Source of the DNA: Candidatus Latescibacterota bacterium
GTDB lineage: Bacteria > Krumholzibacteriota > Krumholzibacteriia > WVZY01
DNA length: 64,000 nucleotides
Reading direction: 5' to 3'
Assembly (NCBI GenBank): GCA_963791045.1
Contig: CAWBQK010000015.1
Location: 160,001 to 224,000, forward strand
A model generated the notes under the pieces. That model saw only the letters and a list, made by a program, of their open reading frames with translations, did no database searches and was not told where the DNA came from. Positions 60,257 to 64,000 of this stretch are shown here, one piece after another (position 1 is the first letter of the stretch; each line of letters opens with the position of its first letter). Both the position numbers and the translations under genes were made by a program.

Positions 60257-61354
60257 ATGAGTGAGTATATCTGGATTGGTCTAGACGTGCACGTCGAATC
60301 TATCACAGCTGCTATCCTCGAAGGTGACCAGGAGAAGCCTGACGTAGTTAAGATGTCAGGCGACCTCATGAAGGTCCGGCGTCTTTTTCGGCGGATGGCC
60401 AAGAGGGGGCCCATCCGGGCGTGTTACGAGGCATCGGGAGCCGGGTTTGTTCTGCATCGAGTTCTCAAGCGCGATGGCTTCCACTGCGAGGTTATCGCGC
60501 CGTCACTGATCCCCAGAAAACCCGGGGACAAGAGGAAGACCGATCGGATCGATGCGATGATGCTTGCGAAACTGTATCGGAGTGGCCACTTGACGCCTGT
60601 CCACGTTCCCACCGAAGACCAGGAAGCGATTCGCCGACTCATCCGTCTCCGGTATGCCTATCAAGAACAATGCAAGTCAACCAAACGTCGGATCTCCGGG
60701 ACCTTGCTCTCACACGGCCTGGTCTTTCGGGGAACCAAATCGAAGTGGACGAAGAAACACGTCGCGTGGCTTGAGAAACAGCGGCGAGAACTTACAGGGC
60801 CTGTGCACACGGCGTTAGTCACCGAGCTCGAGCATCTAGAGTATATGCAAACTCAACGTAATGCGCTCGACGGTGATATCGAACGGTATGCCCAAAGTCC
60901 ACCTTATCGAGGGGGCGTTGAGGCTCTTTGTTGTCTGCGGGGAGTTAAGACACTCACTGCCATGACACTCCTTTCAGAAATCGACGATATCCGCCGGTTC
61001 CGTTCACCAAGGGCACTTATGGCGTACCTCGGTCTCGTACCAAAAGAGAAATCCTCCGGGGAGAGAGAGCGAAGGGGATCGATTACAAAAGCTGGAAATA
61101 GTCACGCCAGAAGGGTACTTGTCGAAGCGGCTTGGAACAATCGCCATAGCGCCAGCGCTGATCTCGTCCTGCGCAGGCGACGTCAGGGGCAGCCCCCCGA
61201 AGTGGTTGCTATTGCGATGAAAGCGCAGCACAGGTTGTCACGTAAGTTCTATAGACTCCAGCAAAAGAAACACCCCAACGTCGCCGTGGTCGCCGTCGCC
61301 AGAGAACTATGCGGCTTCGTGTGGGCCATTATGAAAGCAGCGCCTCAGTACTGA
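60257..61354 (+). CDS. IS110-family transposase/recombinase
   Basis: AAGGAG SD; DEDD motifs IGLDVH, CYEAS, KTDRIDA; C-terminal AYLGLVPKEKSSG...GSITKAGN...VAVARELC. Confidence 0.97.
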   Translation: MSEYIWIGLDVHVESITAAILEGDQEKPDVVKMSGDLMKVRRLFRRMAKRGPIRACYEASGAGFVLHRVLKRDGFHCEVIAPSLIPRKPGDKRKTDRIDAMMLAKLYRSGHLTPVHVPTEDQEAIRRLIRLRYAYQEQCKSTKRRISGTLLSHGLVFRGTKSKWTKKHVAWLEKQRRELTGPVHTALVTELEHLEYMQTQRNALDGDIERYAQSPPYRGGVEALCCLRGVKTLTAMTLLSEIDDIRRFRSPRALMAYLGLVPKEKSSGERERRGSITKAGNSHARRVLVEAAWNNRHSASADLVLRRRRQGQPPEVVAIAMKAQHRLSRKFYRLQQKKHPNVAVVAVARELCGFVWAIMKAAPQY

Positions 61355-61576
61355 ACTGAGACGCTGCTTTGAGGAAACCTCGAGAGGAGAGCTGCGGTAG
61401 GAGAATCCTCGTTTCAAGTATGTGGTACGGGTCGTAGACCCTAACCCGCGTTCTCTAGACAGAGGCGGCTCCGGACGAACCACTGGGAATGCGGCACGCT
61501 GTTCACAGCCAACCCGCGGATATCAGTCTGATGATCGTCGGTAATCGCTCTCCTCTCGAACAAAACATACTTGACG
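61355..61576 (+). ncRNA. Putative bridge RNA / seekRNA region
   Basis: Structured non-coding right end of an IS1111-type element, containing segments that match the reconstructed target and circle junction (see findings). Confidence 0.75.
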
Positions 61577-61591
61577 CCAGCCGGTTCCATA

Positions 61592-64000
61592 TCATTTGAG
61601 AAGCACCATCTTCTTCGTGAGCGTTTGCTTCCCCGCGGTCAGGCGGTAGAAGTAGACGCCCGAACTCACGCGGTTTCCTGCGTTGTCCGTTCCATTCCAC
61701 GCGACATCGTTTGATCCCGTGGGCATCTCTTCGTTCACAAGTGTTCGAATCAATTTGCCGCTGGCGTCGTAGACGTTGAGTGTCACCCAACCCGCTTTCG
61801 GCGACGTGAACGTGATCGTCGTCGATGGATTGAACGGATTCGGGTGGTTCTGGTTTAGAACAAGCTCAGAAGCGTCTATTGTGACTGAAATCGTTTGAGA
61901 GCTGATTTCCCCGCCATCGGCCAGAACCACTCCAAGGGTATACTCGTAGGAGCGTCCCGCACCCGTGCTTGTATCTCTGTACTCCCTAACGTCGGTTGGA
62001 ATTACACTATCCGCGTTAATGAGCTCTCTCACACCGTCTTCTCCAGCGCTTCGATAAATCTTGAATCCGATCACTTCTTCATCCGCCTGAATATCCCACG
62101 TGAGTTCAACGACGGATCCCGCGTTGTGGACCGAAAAACTACTGATAAAAACCGGCACTGGAGCCATGAATACAATGTTCGTCGTACCCGTATACACCAC
62201 TCCCGATATTCCCTGCGGAGTCACACGGTACGTTACCGCCTGCGCCGTGGTCTCACTTATAGCGGGCACAGCAAGCGCAGCTGCCGGAGGGGAAAACGAT
62301 TCGCCCGGTGCCAGCACAGGAGTCGTTCCCGCTAGTGATACAGGATCGCCGTTGTCATCAAGGATTGCTGGACCTGTTGTGAGAACTTCATAACGGAATG
62401 AGAAACTTTCCCCCCACGACTTGTTCTCGATACTGAAACCCGAGAGCGGGAGAACTGGAATCGCCGTATAAGGCGCGATAACCTGATCAGCCGGGTATGT
62501 TGCATCCAAAACAACAGGGCGGTTGTAGAACACACAGACCACCCCTTCGTCATCTCCGCTTCCTATATCCTCGTTTGAAGCACCGACAGCCAGATCGTTT
62601 TTGCCATCACCATTAAAATCACCAACGGCGACCGAGAAGCCGAAATAGTCTTGGGGTTCCGGAGTTGCATAACCGGTGTCCCACTGGTCGAGGTCAAGCA
62701 TCGCCCAGTTTTCAAAATAATGGTAAGGAGGATCCCACTCATCCGCAAAAATCAATGTAACTTCGCCAGCGTCGGTATTTCCGGCAGGGTCGGCAAGGTT
62801 ACGTCCGGCGACAATGTCATCATACCCGTCACCGTTTAGATCCCCGGCAGCCAGGCCGTACTGGCCATTGCCTTCACGTGTTTCATCGAATTTATAGCGG
62901 CGAAGAGAATATCCCGTGACGGGGTCCGTGTCCCTGAAAAACCACTCGCCCCAATTAAGGAGAACATCCGCCGTACCAGAACTACCTCTAATGACGAGAT
63001 CTTCATACCCATCTCCGTCAAAGTCACCAGCCGCGAGAGAACAACCGAAACGATCTCCCTCGTATAGATACTTTCTGTGAATATGTTCATAATAGCCGGT
63101 ATTAGATAAATCCTCTATGGCAACAACGATTCCACAATTCTCTATTTCATCAGAGGAATCAAAATCTTTGTCCCACCCTGGAACTCCTATTGCAAGTCCG
63201 TTGTTACCGACGCTGGCTAAGGAAGACCCAAAAAGAAATTCCGGACTAGGGCCAAGACACTCCCAATCTAATAAGAAATCAAGCGGATCCAATACTTCAT
63301 TGGCAAACAATCCGTGTGCCCAGTTACTGTAGGAACTTCCCTCGACAATGGCAACAGTCCCGAGATCATCGTCCTCCCACAAACAGCCGTTTCCAAGATC
63401 TTCGCCCGGCGATCCTATGGCAAGATCATCATATTGGTCGTCGTTTAATTGAACGACTGCCAGGGCGTAACCGAAACGGTCATCTGCCTCGAGGGACATA
63501 TCGCTCATGTCATCTTGGGAAAACCAGACCGCTGATGCGGGTCCTTCGTTCAGGCCCGCAGCACTGCCAAAGATGATGGTGACACATCCCGCATTGGTCT
63601 CCCCAGCAATGTCGTCGTACGGAGCCCCAGCGGCCAGATCGTCGTAGCCATCTCCGTTAAAGTCACCGCAAGCAAGGGCAAAACCAAACTGATCCCCGGC
63701 TTCAATGTTGCCGCCGGCAACCGTTTGAAAAAAATAGACTCCTGGCCAGTCGGGATCGCCGCACAATCCATTCGCACTCCCGTAAGCTATCAAGACAACG
63801 CCAGCGTTCGACTGACCTGATTGGTCCTCAAGCGGGCATCCATTGGCGAGATCCTCGTAGCCGTCCCCGTTGAAGTCACCGACCGCAGTAACCATCCCAA
63901 AATGGTCGTTGACTTCTGGGAGTCCGCCAAAATCAGCCTGAGTGAGCATTGCAGGCGGGAGGCCACTGGTTGAACTGGTCTTAATCTGTCGCTCGTCTCC
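61592..64000 (-). CDS. FG-GAP (integrin-alpha-like) repeat protein with FlgD-Ig-like C-terminal domain (5' end beyond the window)
   Basis: Repeated D.FG.ALA.GDFNGDGYDDLA.GAP; ends NQNHPNPFNPSTTI...SGVYFYRL...KKMVLLK. The frame is open to base 64000. Confidence 0.92.
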   Translation of the reverse strand, partial: GDERQIKTSSTSGLPPAMLTQADFGGLPEVNDHFGMVTAVGDFNGDGYEDLANGCPLEDQSGQSNAGVVLIAYGSANGLCGDPDWPGVYFFQTVAGGNIEAGDQFGFALACGDFNGDGYDDLAAGAPYDDIAGETNAGCVTIIFGSAAGLNEGPASAVWFSQDDMSDMSLEADDRFGYALAVVQLNDDQYDDLAIGSPGEDLGNGCLWEDDDLGTVAIVEGSSYSNWAHGLFANEVLDPLDFLLDWECLGPSPEFLFGSSLASVGNNGLAIGVPGWDKDFDSSDEIENCGIVVAIEDLSNTGYYEHIHRKYLYEGDRFGCSLAAGDFDGDGYEDLVIRGSSGTADVLLNWGEWFFRDTDPVTGYSLRRYKFDETREGNGQYGLAAGDLNGDGYDDIVAGRNLADPAGNTDAGEVTLIFADEWDPPYHYFENWAMLDLDQWDTGYATPEPQDYFGFSVAVGDFNGDGKNDLAVGASNEDIGSGDDEGVVCVFYNRPVVLDATYPADQVIAPYTAIPVLPLSGFSIENKSWGESFSFRYEVLTTGPAILDDNGDPVSLAGTTPVLAPGESFSPPAAALAVPAISETTAQAVTYRVTPQGISGVVYTGTTNIVFMAPVPVFISSFSVHNAGSVVELTWDIQADEEVIGFKIYRSAGEDGVRELINADSVIPTDVREYRDTSTGAGRSYEYTLGVVLADGGEISSQTISVTIDASELVLNQNHPNPFNPSTTITFTSPKAGWVTLNVYDASGKLIRTLVNEEMPTGSNDVAWNGTDNAGNRVSSGVYFYRLTAGKQTLTKKMVLLK

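Larger units (their letters stand above)
60141..61594 (+). mobile_element. IS110-family, IS1111-type insertion sequence
   Basis: Perfect 16-bp sub-terminal inverted repeats ATATGGAACCGGCTGG (60145-60160) and CCAGCCGGTTCCATAT (61577-61592). Outward TTGACG at 61571-61576, a long non-coding right end and no target duplication. Confidence 0.92.

Overview
A 64-kb, mostly GC-rich bacterial chromosomal window. Two proteins with FlgD-Ig-like C-terminal domains and two ending in 'TWGxxKxxY' suggest an FCB-superphylum candidate lineage such as Krumholzibacteriota or Latescibacterota (inference). Positions 1-56.3 kb are largely housekeeping and envelope genes: purL, purB, a DegP-like protease, truA, asd, panD, lnt, an SbcCD/YhaON-like pair, suhB/ino1, htpX, thyX and glycosylation genes. 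This part also holds a DUF222-like HNH gene, two sigma-54 activators with several -24/-12 promoters, dispersed palindromic repeats and two promoter-driven candidate sRNAs. From about 56.3 kb to the end is an accessory region with an IS256 remnant, secreted modular proteins and an intact IS110/IS1111-type element. The most striking signal is that this IS sits exactly on the stop codon of a C-terminal-domain gene, and its putative bridge/seekRNA carries guide-like segments matching that 'Leu-Lys-stop' end. asd, ino1 and a DUF3524 glycosyltransferase are frameshifted, most likely by long-read indel errors. No rRNA, tRNA or CRISPR array was seen. All calls are by eye from motifs; no searches were run.
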